Shown piece after piece: positions 46,722 to 58,888 of a DNA stretch of 64,000 nucleotides. The position numbers were made by a program, and so were the translations under genes. Where the stretch lies: positions 275,319 to 339,318 of the forward strand of contig CAVOLH010000003.1 in assembly GCA_963696755.1 (NCBI GenBank). The letters run 5' to 3'. The first letter of the stretch is position 1; each line of letters begins with the position of its first letter. The DNA is from an uncultured Thermoleophilia bacterium. Its GTDB lineage: Bacteria; Actinomycetota; Thermoleophilia; Gaiellales; Gaiellaceae. Below the pieces are notes generated by a model. That model was not told where the DNA came from. It ran no database searches and saw nothing but the letters and a program-made list of their open reading frames with translations.

Positions 46722-48588
46722 AGCGGTGGGCGTGCGCCGTGGCGCTCGCGCTGCTGCTCGCGCCGGCCGCCGGCGCCGCCGACACGAGCGGCGCAGCCAC
46801 CGACACCAGCCGGCTACCACGCCGACCGGCAGCAGCACCGCCGGCACGACCGACCCGCTCGGGATCAGCGGCGGCGACGGCTCGGTCGAGGAGCCGTTTG
46901 CGCCCTCACCCGAGAACGGGCCGGCTGACGAAGGCCGTCGCCATCGCCGACTTCCTCGCGCATCCCAAGGTCGCGCACTGGCTCGAGCGCTATCCACCGA
47001 AGCCGCAGACCGATGCCACGTTCGACAAGGCGACGCAGCGATGGACGGTGATGGTGTGGTCGGGGCGTCGCCGGCGAGATCGCCCTCGGGAAGGTCGAGG
47101 ACTGCGGACGGGCGGGTGTCGGAGGCGCTGCACCGGGCCCGCAGGTCGCGTGGGGGATGGCGCGAGGGCGGGTCGGCTCGTTCGGCGGCAAGATCCTCAA
47201 CGCCTGGTGGATGTGGACGGCGCTCAGCGTCATCTTCTTCCTCGGGCTCGTCGACCGGCGCCGCATTCTCTCGTGGCACACGGTCGACCTGCTCGGCGCT
47301 GCTCTCGTTCGGCTTCTCGCTGCTCTTCTTCAACCGCGGCCACATCTTCATGAGCGCGTCGCTCGGCGCGCTGCCGCTCGCGTACCTCGTCGTCCGCACC
47401 TCGTGGATCGGCTTCCGCGGCCGCGCGTGCGAACCCGGCGCTCTCCTGGCCCGTCTGGCTGCTCGCGGGGCTCGCCGTCTTCCTCGGCGGGCTGCGGATC
47501 GGCCTCAACCTCGAGACGCCGCGCGGCGTGATCGACGTCGGCCTCGCAGGCGTGATCGGCGCCGACCGGATCCTCGACGACCAGGCGCCGTACGGCCACA
47601 TGCCGGACACCGCGGGCACGCGCCTGCGGCCCGGCCGACTCCGACGGAGCGATCCGCGACCACATCCAGACGAACGGCCGCTGCGAGTCCGCCAACGCCC
47701 GCGGCGACACGTACGGGCCGATCGCCTACCTCGCCTACGTCCCCGCTGTGCTCACGCTCGGCTGGTCGGGCAAGTGGGACTCTCTGCCGGCCGCCCACGC
47801 GACGGCGATCGCCTTCGACCTGCTCGTCGTCCTCGGCCTGTTCCTCGTCGGCCGGCGCTTCGGCGGCACGCCGCTCGGTACCGCGCTCGCGTTCGGCTGG
47901 GTGGCGTTTCCCGTTCACCGCCTACGCGATGAACTCGAACTCGAACGACACGATCATGCCCGCGATCCTCGTCTGGGGATTCTGGCTCTCGACCTCCGCC
48001 GTGCGCCCGGGGTGCGACGATCGCGCTCGCCGGCTGGACGAAGTTCGCCGCGCTGCTGCTCGCGCCGCTCTGGCTCACCTATCCGAACGGGCTCCGTCCC
48101 GCGCACCGCGGCGAAGTTCGCAGTCGGCTTCGTCGTCGCGACGCTCGCCGTGTTCTCGATCCTGCTGTTCGAGCCGAGCCTCGACGCACGGCGGTGCACG
48201 ACGTTCGTCGACCGCACGCTCGGCTACCAGCTCGACCGCGACTCGCCGTTCTCGCCCTGGGACTGGGGCCAGTACCACGCGCGCGGGATCCCGAACCTCC
48301 ATGCCGTGCAGGTGATCCTGCAGGTCGGCGTCCTCGCGCTCGCAGGCGTCGTCGCGGCGATCCCGCTGCGCAAGGGCCCGCTCGAGCTCGCCGCGCTGAG
48401 CGCTGCCGTGCTCGTCGGCTTCGAGCTCACGCTCACCCACTGGTCGTACCTCTACATCCCGTGGTTCCTGCCCTTCGTCCTGCTCGCGCTGCTGCTGCCG
48501 CGGCGCGAGCCGGATCCTGTGCGCGAGCCGGCGCCGGAGCCTGACGCTCGAAGCCGGCATGCCTGCGGCGCTGCCCGAGCCGCAGTGA
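46718..48588 (+). CDS. GT-C (GT87-like) membrane glycosyltransferase with N-terminal extracytoplasmic domain (frameshifted)
   Basis: Signal peptide; DTYGP..Y.AY.P, NSND, GWTKFA, WSYLYIPWF. Confidence 0.72.
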
Positions 48589-49824
48589 GCACCCGCACCG
48601 CCTTCCTCGCGCTGATCGCGGTGGCGGCTGCCCTCGCCGTCGGCCTCGTCGTCGGCAGCTCGAGGGCGCTCCGGAGATCACCGATACGCCCGTCTACCAG
48701 CTTCTACGGCGAGCGGATCGCGGGCGGCGACGTGCCGTACCGCGACTTCAGCGTCGAGTACCCGCCCGGAGCGCTGGTGCCGTTCGTCGTGCCCGCTCTC
48801 GCTCACGTCGTCGCAGGACGCGCTACGACACGGCCTTCGCGACGCTGATGGTCTTCGCCGCTCGGCGCGGCTGCCGTGCTCATCGTGCTCTCGCTGGTCG
48901 CACTCGGCGGCTCGACCGCTCGACATCGTGCTGTCGGTCGGCGGCGTTCCTGGCCGGGGTGGCGCTGCTCGGGCCGTTCGTGCTGACGCGCTTCGACCTC
49001 TACGCCGCCACGCTCACGCTCGCCGCGGTCTGCGCGATCCTCTACCGCCGCCGAACGCTCGGGCCGGTGCTGCTCGGCGTCGCGATCGCGACGAAGATCT
49101 ACCCGGCCGTGCTCCTGCCGCTGCTCGTCGCGCGAACGTGGCGGCGCGAGGGCCGGCCGGCGGCGCTGACGGCGCTCGGCGGTGACCGTCGGCACGTCGC
49201 TGCTCATCTACCTTCCGTTCGCGGTCGTCGCGCCCGAGGGCGTCGTGCGGAGCGTCTGGCGCCAGCTCGGGCGGCCGCTGCAGATCGAGAGCCTCGGCTC
49301 GGCGTGTTGCTCGCGCTCCACCACGCGCTCGGCATGCCGCTCGGCTGGGCGTCCGGCTCGGGCTCGCAGAACCTGACCGGGACCGTCGCCACGGTCGCCT
49401 CGGCCGCTGACGACGATCGCCGGCGTTGCGGCGCTCGCGCTCGTCTGGGTGCGCTATGCCCGCGGCGATGCCGAGAGCGACGCGCGGTTCGTGCGCTACG
49501 CGGCCGCCGCGGTCGTCGCCTTCGTCGCGTTCGGCAAGGTCGTCTCGCCGCAGTTCCTGATCTGGCTGCTCGCGATCGTCGTGCTCGTCCAGGGACGCCA
49601 GGGGCATCGCCGCGATCGCGCTGCTCGTCGTCGCGTGCGCGCTCACGCGCGTGCTGGTTTCCGAGCGACTACTGGGAGCTCGTGAAGCAGTTCGATCCCA
49701 CCGCCTCGTGGCTCGTGCTCGTCCGCGACCTCGTGCTCGTCGCCGCTCTTCGCCGCGCTCGTCGTCAGTGGCAGGCGCGGGACGGCAGGACCCGGTCAGG
49801 GCCAGGGAACTCGAACCGGCCTGA
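48585..49824 (+). CDS. GT87-like membrane glycosyltransferase (frameshifted; end approximate)
   Basis: [40 protein letters not shown]. Confidence 0.8.
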
Positions 49825-50590
49825 TCGCCGTCGCCCGGCCGCTCGCGGCGTCGCACTCGACGAGCACGCCCTCGATCCGGACGCCGCCCGTCGGCGACCT
49901 CGAAGCGCACCGGCATCCCCGTGCGCATCCGCTGGGTGGCGAGCGTCGGTCTTGACGCCGATCACCGAGTCGTGCGGGCCCGGTCATCCCGACGTCCGTG
50001 ATCGCGGCCGTGCCGCCGGGCTGCACGCGCGCGTCGGCCGTCTGCACGTGCGTGTGCGTGCCGACGACGGCGGTCACGCGACCGTCGAGCCAGCTGGGCG
50101 AGCGCGATCTTCTCGCTCGTCGCCTCGGCGTGGACGTCGACGAGGATCGACGGGCGTCGTCTCCCGCAGCCTCGTCGACGAGCTCGTCGACGATCTCCCA
50201 CATGCTCCGCGCCGGCTGCAGCGAGAGCGAGCCCATCACGTTGATCGACGCCGACCGGGGTGCCGTCGAGGGCGGCGACGACGGTGACGCCCTTGCCGGG
50301 GCCGGACTCGCGGGAGGTTCGCGGGCCGGATCACGCGATCCGACGCAGGCGAGGTACGGCGCCGATCTCCTGCCGCCGCCAGGTGTGGTTGCCGAGCGTG
50401 ATCGCGTCGGCCCCGGCGGCGAGGAGGCGATCGGCGAGCTTCGGCGTGATCCCGACGCCGTCGGCGACGTTCTCGCCGTTGACGATGCAGACGCGAGGCG
50501 TCGAGCTCCGTCCGCAGCGACGCCAGCCGGTCCTCGAGCGCCTCGCGGCCCGGCCGCCCGACGACGTCCCCGATGAAGAGGATGTTCTAC
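49796..50590 (-). CDS. ymdB: YmdB/TIGR00282 metallophosphoesterase (frameshifted)
   Basis: [40 protein letters not shown]. Confidence 0.9.
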   Translation of the reverse strand, partial: VEHPLHRGRRRAAGPRGARGPAGVAADGARRLASASSTARTSPTASGSRRSSPIASSPPGPTRSRSATTPGGGRRSAPYLACVGSRDPAREPPASPAPARASPSSPPSTAPRSASINVMGSLSLQPARSMWEIVDELVDEAAGDDARRSSSTSTPRRRARRSRSPSWLDGRVTAVVGTHTHVQTADARVQPGGTAAITDVGMTGPARLGDRRQDRRSPPSGCARGCRCASRSPTGGVRIEGVLVECDAASGRATAIRPVRVPWP

Positions 50591-51352
50591 GGGAGCGATC
50601 CGGCAGCCGGGTGCACGTCGATCGCGACGTTGTTGCCGCGAGCGCGCGCGTGCTTCGCGAGCGCCTGCCGCTCGACGGCCGCCACGTCGACGACCGATGC
50701 CGAGCTTGGAGGACGACGCGAGCACCGGGCTGCCGACCGCAAGCGACGGGTCGGGCTCGAGATGGCTGAGCGTGACGATCAGCGCCGGGGCGGCGCTCGG
50801 CCGCACGTCGATCCGCGAGCCGTACGCCTTGCCGTCGATCACGAAGTCCGAGATCGAGACGACGGTGCCGTCGACCGGCGAGTAGACGTCGGTCCCCGGC
50901 GCCGCACCGACGTCGAGCACCTCGGTGCCCGGCCCGCCCTCGAGCTGGTACCAGACCGGCCCTTCCTGCGAGGAGCCCGCGATCCGGCGCCAGAGGCGGG
51001 CGAGCAGGCCCTCGTTGGCCTGGCGGCCGACGGGGCTGAGCGCCATCGCGCCACCGTCCTCGCCGTGGAACCCGATCGCGGTCACGGCCTCCCCGGCGAT
51101 CGGCAGCTTGATCTGGAGGTTCCCGACGGTCGCCAGGGGCTCCGGCTCGGGCGGCACGCCGCTCGCGACCGGCGTCGAGGCGGTCGTCGTGGCGACCGGC
51201 TCGGGCGAGCTGGAGCCGAACGCGGTCAGGATCAGGGTGACGAGGGCGAGAGCGGCGACGATCCCGATGACGGCCAGGCGGCGGGCGCGATGCTGCGCGC
51301 GCTGCCGTCGGGCACGGTGCCGGGCCGCTCGCCGGGTGCGCGGCGTGGCCAT
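50587..51352 (-). CDS. Membrane-anchored M23/LytM-like protein, degenerate zinc site
   Basis: Basic N-terminus plus TM; [19 protein letters not shown]; LSHL. Confidence 0.75.
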
Positions 51353-51436
51353 CGGGGCCACCGTAGCGGACGTTTCACCACTCCTCAACGGTCTCGGGCG
51401 CCTCTGAAAGCCGATTCCCGCGGCTACGATCGGGCC

Positions 51437-52604
51437 ATGAGCGAGCCTTCCGGCCCGATCATCCGGGTTCCCGCGCTGGATCCAGCTCGTCGGCCTGCCC
51501 GTCGGGCTCCTGATCGTCTGGATGCTCGCGGGAATCCTCGGCCACGCGATCTTCCTCTTCCTCGTCGCGGCCGTGATCGCGTTCCTGCTCAACCCGCTCG
51601 TGCGCGACCTGCAGCGGCTGCGGCTACCGCGCGGGGTCGCGGTGGCGCTCGTCGTCCTCCTCTTCGCCACCGCGGTCGCGGTGGTCGGTGCTCGTGCTCG
51701 GCAGCATCGTCGTCGACCAGACCCGCTCGGCCACCGATCGGATCGACAGCTACGTCACCGTCGACGGGCGACGGGGGGAGGACCGGGGCCGAACAGGACA
51801 TCGACCGGCTCCAGCACTGGCTCGACACCCACGGCCTGGAGCGCGTTCGGATCGAGAAGCAGGCGACCGACTGGACCGACAACCTCGGAGCCGGCGAGAT
51901 CTCGAAGTACACGCAGGATGCGATCTCGTTCGCCCAGGGAGCGGCGTTCTCGATCGTCGTGACGCTGTTCAACATCGTCCTGATCGTCGTCATCGCGATC
52001 TACATGCTGCTCGACATGGAGCGCCTCGAGCGGCTCGTCGACCGCCGCTTCCCACCCGGAGACGGCCTCGCCGCTCACGCTGCGCATCGAGAAGGCGCTT
52101 TCGAGCTACGTGCGCGGCCAGCTGATCCTCTCGACCGTGATCGGCCTCAGCGCCGGGATCGGCATGTGGATCCTCGGTCGCACCGGGCTCGTGCCGGGAG
52201 CCGACAAGTACGCGCTCCTGTTCGGCGTCTGGACCGCCGTGATCGAGGTGATCCCCTACATCGGGCCCTGGCTCTCGGCCGTGCCGCCCGCGATCTACGC
52301 GCTCGTCGTCCATCCGGTCTCGGTGTTCTGGGTGCTCGCGCTCTTCGTCTTCATCTACCAGGTCGAGGGTCACATCGTGGTGCCGAACGTGATGGCGAGC
52401 GCGCTCCGCCTGCACCCGCTGCTCGTCATCTTCGGCCTGCTCGCGGGCGGCGAGCTGTACGGCATCGCCGGCGTGTTGCTCGCGTTGCCGACGATGGCGG
52501 CCGCGCGTGCGATCTGGGAGTTCTTTGCCGAGCGGGTGCAGTTCGACTCCTGGGATGACGGCCGGCCGCCACCGCTCGATCTCGAGCTGGAGCTACCCGA
52601 CTGA
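51437..52604 (+). CDS. AI-2E family transporter (frameshifted)
   Basis: [28 protein letters not shown]. Confidence 0.88.
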
Positions 52605-52619
52605 CGTACCCTTGCCTCG

Positions 52620-53578
52620 ATGAGCGGCTTTCCCGTCACCCGGCTGCGGCGACTGCGTCGCACGGACACGCTGCGCGCGCTCGTGCGCGAGACGCGGCTG
52701 TCGCTCGACGATGTCGTGATGCCGCTCTTCGCCTGCCCCGGCGAGGGCATCGTCCGTCCCGTCGACCGGGCTCGACGGCGATCGCCCAGCGCTCGGTCGA
52801 CGAGATCGTGCGCGAGGCGGCCGAGCTCGCGGCGCTCGGCGTGCGCGCCGTGATGCTGTTCGGGATCCCGGAGGAGAAGGACGAGGAAGGCTCCGGCGCC
52901 TGGGATGAGGCCGGCATCGTGCAGCGGGCGCTGCGCGCGCTGCGGGCAGAGGTGCCGGGCCTGACGCTCGTCACCGACGTGTGCCTGTGCGAGTACACGA
53001 GCCACGGTCACTGCGGCGTGCTGCGCGACGGCGAGGTCGAGAACGACGAGACGCTCGAGCTGCTCGCCCGCACGGCGGTGAGCCATGTCGAGGCCGGCGC
53101 CGACGTCGTCGCGCCGAGCGACATGATGGACGGCCGGGTCGGCGCGATTCGCGAGGCGCTGCCGCAGACACCGATCATCGCCTACGCCGCCAAGTACGCC
53201 TCCGCCTTCTACGGCCCCTTCCGCGAGGTCGCCGAGTCGACGCCGTCCTTCGGCGACCGTCGCGGCTACCAGATGGATCCGCCGAACGTCCGCGAGGCGC
53301 TGCGCGAGTGCGCGCTCGACCTCGAGGAAGGCGCCGACGCCCTGATGGTCAAGCCCGCGCTGCCCTACCTCGACGTGATCCGCGCCGTCCGCGAGCGGTT
53401 CGACTGCCCGGTCGCGGCCTACAACGTCTCCGGCGAGTACGCGATGGTCAAGGCCGCCGCCGCTGCCGGCCACCTCGACGAGCAGGCGGCCGCGCTCGAG
53501 TCGCTCGTCGCGATCAAGCGCGCCGGCGCCGATCTGATCTTCACGTACTGGGCCAAGGATCTCGCACGGTGGCTCTGA
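52620..53578 (+). CDS. hemB: Porphobilinogen synthase (frameshift ~52770)
   Basis: [40 protein letters not shown]. Confidence 0.96.
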
Positions 53579-54830
53579 TCCGCTCAGCGCTCTACGACCG
53601 CGCCCAGCGCCTGATCCCGGGCGGTGTCAACTCGCCGGTGCGCGCGATGCGCAGCGTCGGCCTCGACGAGCCGCTGTTCATGCGCAGCGGCGTCGGCCCG
53701 TTCATCGAGGACGTCAACGGCAACCGGTACGTCGACTGGGTGCTCTCCTGGGGGCCGCTGCTCTTCGGGCACGCCGACCCGACGACGCTGGCGGCGGTCT
53801 CGGAGGCGCTCGCGCGCGGGACGACGTTCGGCGCACCGACCGAGGGCGAGGTCGACCTCGCTGCCGAGATCGTCGACGCGGTGCCGTCGATCGAGATGGT
53901 GCGGCTCGTCTCGTCCGGCACCGAGGCGGCGATGAGCACCGTCCGGCTCGCGCGCGCGGCGACCCGCCGCGACCGGCTGATCAAGTTCGCCGGCAACTAC
54001 CACGGCCACGTCGATGCGCTGCTCGCGAGCGGCGGCTCGGGCCTGATGACGCTCGGCATCCCGTCGACGCCGGGCGTGCCCGTCGGGCGTCGCCGCCGAC
54101 ACGATCGTGCTGCCGTTCAACGACATCGACGCCGTTGCCGCGGCCGTGGCCCAGTACGGGGAGGGGCTCGCAGCGATCCTCGTCGAGCCGGTCGCCGGCA
54201 ACATGGGCGTCGTCCCGCCGGCCCCCGGCTTCCTCGAGGCGCTGCGGGCGCTCTGCGACGCGAGCGGCGCGCTGCTCGTCTTCGACGAGGTGATCACCGG
54301 CTTCCGCGTCGCCCGCGGCGGCGCGCAGGAGCGCTACGGCGTCATGCCGGATCTGACGATCCTCGGCAAGATCGTCGGCGGCGGGCTGCCCGCGGCCGCG
54401 TTCGGCGGCCGCGCCGAGCTGATGCAGCGGCTCGCTCCCGTCGGCGACGTCTACCAGGCAGGAACGCTCTCGGGCAATCCCCTCGCCACCGCCGCAGGCA
54501 TCTCGGTGCTCCGCCGGCTCCGCGACCCGGAGGTCTACGAGGAGCTCGAGCGCCGCGGCGCCCGGCTCGAGGCCGGCCTCGCCCCGTTCGGCACCGTGCA
54601 GCGGGTCGGCGCGATGCTGACCCTGTTCTGCCAGGACGGCGCCGTGACGCGACTACGACGACGCCGTGCGCTCCGACACGGAGCGGTACGCGGCGCTCTT
54701 CCGGCACCTGCTCGACCGCGGCATCTACGTGGCACCGTCCCAGTTCGAGTGCATGTTCGTCTCGCTCGCGCACGGCGACGACGAGATCGACAGGACGATC
54801 GAGGCCGTTGGCGACTTCTTCGACAGCTGA
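53569..54830 (+). CDS. hemL: Glutamate-1-semialdehyde aminomutase (frameshifted)
   Basis: [42 protein letters not shown]. Confidence 0.96.
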
Positions 54831-55354
54831 GGCCGACGTCTGGGAGATCCTCGCGGCAGAGGCGGCGGCCGAGAGCCCGCTCTGGGGCGAGTCGCTCCGG
54901 CCCGCCGGCGAGCGCGAGACCGTCCCCGTCTTCTCGGACGCTCTGCGAGCCGGCGTACGCGCTCGGAGTCGAGACGATCTACGAGGGCTACCTGCTCCAC
55001 TACGGCCGGCCGCGGCTCTTCGCGCCGGCCGACTCCGACACGGCGCTCCTGCTCGGCGACTACCTCTACGCCCACGGGCTCGTCCGGATCGCGGCGACCG
55101 GCAGCGTCGAGGCGGTGCACGATCTCGCCGAGCTCATCTCGCTCTGCGCGCAGGCGCGCGCCGAGGGCCGGCCCGGCGAGGCCGAGGCGTGGGCGGCGAC
55201 CGCGGCACTGCTCGGCCGGGGCGCGCTCGACGCGGCCCGCGCGGAGCTGAGCGAGCGCGGCGACCCGGCGCCGCTCGCGCGAGCTCGCGCGGGCCGCCGC
55301 GGGCGACGCGCGGTCGAGCGCGCATGTGTCGCGCACGACCTCCGCGTGCAGTAA
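54808..55354 (+). CDS. Short polyprenyl-synthase-fold protein lacking DDxxD (frameshifted)
   Basis: [22 protein letters not shown]; ~180 aa. Confidence 0.65.
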
Positions 55355-55366
55355 AGTCACGGCACG

Positions 55367-55535
55367 ATGCTCGCCTCGCTCCTGCTCCTCGCAGACGCCG
55401 CCGAGGAAGGCCGCAAGGTCGTTCTCTCGATGCTCGCGGTGGGCCTCGATCTTCGTCCTCGTGATCGCGATCGGCGAGCTCGTGCACTACCTCGGCGCGA
55501 AGAAGAAGGCCCGCACGCCCTCCCGCACGCTGTAG
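55367..55535 (+). CDS. Small single-TM protein (frameshift ~55450)
   Basis: [27 protein letters not shown] + [20 protein letters not shown]. Confidence 0.55.
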
Positions 55536-55596
55536 GTTCGCGAGCGGCGCTCAGCCTGCCGCCCCGCGCGTCGGCCACCACCTAGACTGACGGCGC

Positions 55597-57111
55597 ATGG
55601 CGAGCCCCGTGTCTGACCTGCGCGAATGGATCGCCCTCCTCGAGAAGGAAGGCGAGCTCGTCCGCATCTCCGCCGAGGTCGACCCCGATCTCGAGATCAC
55701 GGAGATCGTCGACCGCGTCGTCAAGGCCGGCGGGCCGGCGCTCCTGTTCGAGAACCCGAAGGGCGCCAAGCATCCGCTGCTGATCAACCAGTTCGGCACC
55801 GAGAAGCGGATGTGCATGGCGTTCGGGGTCGAGAAGCTCGACGACCTGGCCGACAAGCTCGGCGAGATCCTCGAGCTGCAGCCGCCGCAGGGCCTCGTCG
55901 ACAAGGTGCGCTCGCTCGGCAAGCTCAAGTCGATCGCCGACTCGATGCCGAAGGAGGTTTCGAAGGCGGCCTGCCAGGAGATCGTGATCACGGGTGACGA
56001 CGTGAACCTCGACGTGCTTCCGATCCAGCGCTGCTGGCCGCTCGACCCGGCGCCGTTCATCACGCTCCCCGCCGTGATCACGAAGGACCAGGCGACCGGC
56101 GTCCGCAACGTCGGCATGTACCGGATGCAGAAGATCGACCGCCGCTCGACGTTCATGCACTGGCAGATCCACAAGGACGGCCGCGCCGACCTGCGGGCGG
56201 CGCCGGACGGCCGGATCCCGGTCGCCGTCGCGCTCGGGCTCGACCCGGTCACCGCCTACTCGGCGAGCGCGCCGCTGCCGAAGCACATCGGCGAGCTGAT
56301 GGTCGCCGGCTTCCTCAAGGGCTCGGCGGTGCAGCTCGTCAAGTGCAAGACCGTCGACCTCGAGGTGCCCGCCAACGCCGAGATCGTGCTCGAGGGCTGG
56401 GTCGACCGCACCGACGTCGGGATCGAAGGCCCCTTCGGCGACCACACCGGCTTCTACACCCCGCCCGAGGAGTTCCCGATCTTCCGCATCACCGCGATCA
56501 CGATGCGGCGCGACGCGATCTATCCGTCGATCGTCGTCGGCAAGCCGCCGGCCGAGGACGAGTGGCTCGCCAAGGCGACCGAGCGCATCTTCCTGCCGGC
56601 GATCCGGATGAGCGTGCCCGAGATCGTCGACTACGACCTGCCGACAGCAGGCACGTTCCACAACTGCGTCATCGTCTCGATCCGCAAGAGCTTCCCGGGC
56701 CACGCGCGGAAGGTGATGCACGCGATGTGGGGGCTCGGGCTGATGAGCCTGACGAAGTCGGTCGTCGTCGTCGACGAGCACGTCGACGTGCACGACTACG
56801 AGCAGGTCTTCTTCTACGCCTGCGCGAACGTCGACCCGGCGCGCGACATCCTGCTCAGCGAGGGCCCGATCGACCAGCTCGACCACGCGACCACGATCCA
56901 GGCGTACGGGGGCAAGATCGGGATCGACGCGACGGCGAAGGGCCCCGACGAGGGCCGCCGCGAATGGCCGCCCGAGATCGAGATGAGCCCCGAGATCCGC
57001 GCGCGCGTCGACGCGCGCTGGGGCGAATTCGGCCTTGGCGCCGCACCCTCCGACCCGGACGTGCAGAATGGTGCGCGTGCCCGGACATTGACGCAGCTGT
57101 TGCGTCGTTGA
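55597..57111 (+). CDS. ubiD: UbiD-family menaquinone biosynthesis decarboxylase (MqnL-like)
   Basis: Intact 504 aa; RNVGMYR, MHWQIHK, EGPFGDHTGFY, GKPP.ED, GIDAT.K. Confidence 0.92.
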   Translation: MASPVSDLREWIALLEKEGELVRISAEVDPDLEITEIVDRVVKAGGPALLFENPKGAKHPLLINQFGTEKRMCMAFGVEKLDDLADKLGEILELQPPQGLVDKVRSLGKLKSIADSMPKEVSKAACQEIVITGDDVNLDVLPIQRCWPLDPAPFITLPAVITKDQATGVRNVGMYRMQKIDRRSTFMHWQIHKDGRADLRAAPDGRIPVAVALGLDPVTAYSASAPLPKHIGELMVAGFLKGSAVQLVKCKTVDLEVPANAEIVLEGWVDRTDVGIEGPFGDHTGFYTPPEEFPIFRITAITMRRDAIYPSIVVGKPPAEDEWLAKATERIFLPAIRMSVPEIVDYDLPTAGTFHNCVIVSIRKSFPGHARKVMHAMWGLGLMSLTKSVVVVDEHVDVHDYEQVFFYACANVDPARDILLSEGPIDQLDHATTIQAYGGKIGIDATAKGPDEGRREWPPEIEMSPEIRARVDARWGEFGLGAAPSDPDVQNGARARTLTQLLRR

Positions 57112-57157
57112 CAGGCATGCACCCCGGAATGTTGAATCATGCGATGGAGAGCAGCGA

Positions 57158-58080
57158 GTGACCGAGAATCCTGACGACACTCCGCAGGCACCGGGCCAAA
57201 GCCTCTGGCCGATCGGCTTCGCCATCGGCGTCGCCGTCGTCCTCGTCGGCCTCGTCATCAGCGTCGCGGCGCTCGTCCTCGGCGCCGCTGCTCACGATCG
57301 TCTTCGGCCTGCTCTGGATCCGCGACGCCTCGCGCGCGCATGCGCCCGTCGACTCGGCGCCGGCGCACGAGCTCATGGGCGACACGCCGTCGCCGGGCCT
57401 CGCCGCCGCGGAGGAGCAGCACCTCGAGACGTACGGCCGCGCGGGCTTCCTCTCGCTCGCCACGATCGGCCTCGGCGGTCTCATCGGCGTCGGCGTCGTG
57501 CTGCCGTCGCTCGGCTTCGCCGTGCTGCCCTCGTTCATGGGTGAGGGAGTCGAGACGAACGACGTCGACCTCGGCCCGATGTCGAACTTCCCGGAAGGGA
57601 CGTTCGTGATCACCACCTTCATCGCCAACAAGGCGCAGGGTGACGTCTCCAAGCGCACGGCCTACATCCGCAACAACGGGCTCAGCGCGAACAAGGAGCC
57701 GAGCTTCACGATCATCTACAGCCGCTGCGTCCACCTCGGCTGCCCCGTGCAGCCGAACGGGCCGATCGACGACAAGGTCGTCACGTACAAGGACGTCACG
57801 CTGAAGAAGGTCGTGCCCTCCGGTTTCGGCTGCCCGTGCCACGGCGGCGCCTACGACGTCGAGGGCAACCGGGTCGCCGGGCCGCCCGTCCGCTCGCTCG
57901 ACCGCTACGCCTTCTCGATCGTCAACGGCAACCTCGTCGCTCGGCAAGCACTTCTCCGTCGGCACGGTCGAGGGCACCGGCGCGGATGCGAAGATCAGCC
58001 GCTACCGCCAGGCGTACCCCGGCGTCCACGTCGACGGCATCGAGCGCTGGCTCTATCCGATCCCGGTGCCGGGGTCCTGA
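57158..58080 (+). CDS. qcrA: Rieske Fe-S subunit with extra N-terminal TM helices (frameshifted)
   Basis: CVHLGC and CPCHG boxes; GPPVRSL. Confidence 0.9.
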
Positions 58081-58082
58081 CG

Positions 58083-58888
58083 ATGGCCAAGTCCGCCCGC
58101 CAGAAGCAGATCGAGACCGTCGCGCTCTACCCGCTGGACTGGGTCGAGGAGCGCTCCGGTCTCGTCGGCTACACGAAGTGGTTCCTGTTCCGCAACGTCC
58201 CCCGTGACGTCAACTGGATGCAGACGCTCGGCGCGGCGACGCTCACCGCCTTCCTCGTGCAGGCGACGACCGGCGTCTTCCTCGCGATGTACTACAAGCC
58301 CGATCCGAACAGCGCCTACGAGTCGATCCAGAACATCACGAACGAGGTCACGCTCGGCTGGCTCGTCCGCGGCATGCACAAGTGGGGCGCGAGCCTCTTC
58401 ATCATCCTGATGTTCCTGCACATGGGCCGCACGTTCCTGTTCGGGGCCTACAAGTACCCGCGCGAGCTCAACTGGATCATCGGCGTCCTGCTGCTCGCGA
58501 CCGGCATGGCCGAGGGCTTCACCGGCTACCTGCTGCCGTGGGATCAGACGGCGTACTGGGCGACGGTGGTCGGCATCAACATCAATGCGACGGCGCCGAT
58601 AGCCGGGCCCTTCCTCGCCCAGTTCCTCCAGGGCGGGTCCCAGATCGGGCCGGACACGCTGTCGAAGTTCTACTCGCTCCACATGCTGGTCATCCCCGGC
58701 GGCCTGATGGCGCTGATCGGCCTCCACCTCTACCTCGTGATCCGGCTCGGCGTCACCTCGCCGCCGTGGTCGAAGGTCGCCGCCGGCCGTCCCCGTGACG
58801 GCGAGCCGCACCGAGCGGCTTCGGCGAGTACCGCCAGGGCCTCATCCGCGAGCACAAGGCAGAGGGCGCGCAGGAGGACGGCGAGTAA
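58083..58888 (+). CDS. qcrB: Cytochrome b6-like subunit (N-terminal half of cytochrome b)
   Basis: RGMHKWG..FLH, YKYPRELNW, TGYLLPWDQ, LH-X14-H. Confidence 0.92.

Noticed and set aside
57088-57140. TTGACA and an imperfect palindrome upstream of qcrA
   Set aside because: There is no convincing -10 at proper spacing, and the palindrome lies in coding sequence without matching FNR or Rex consensus.
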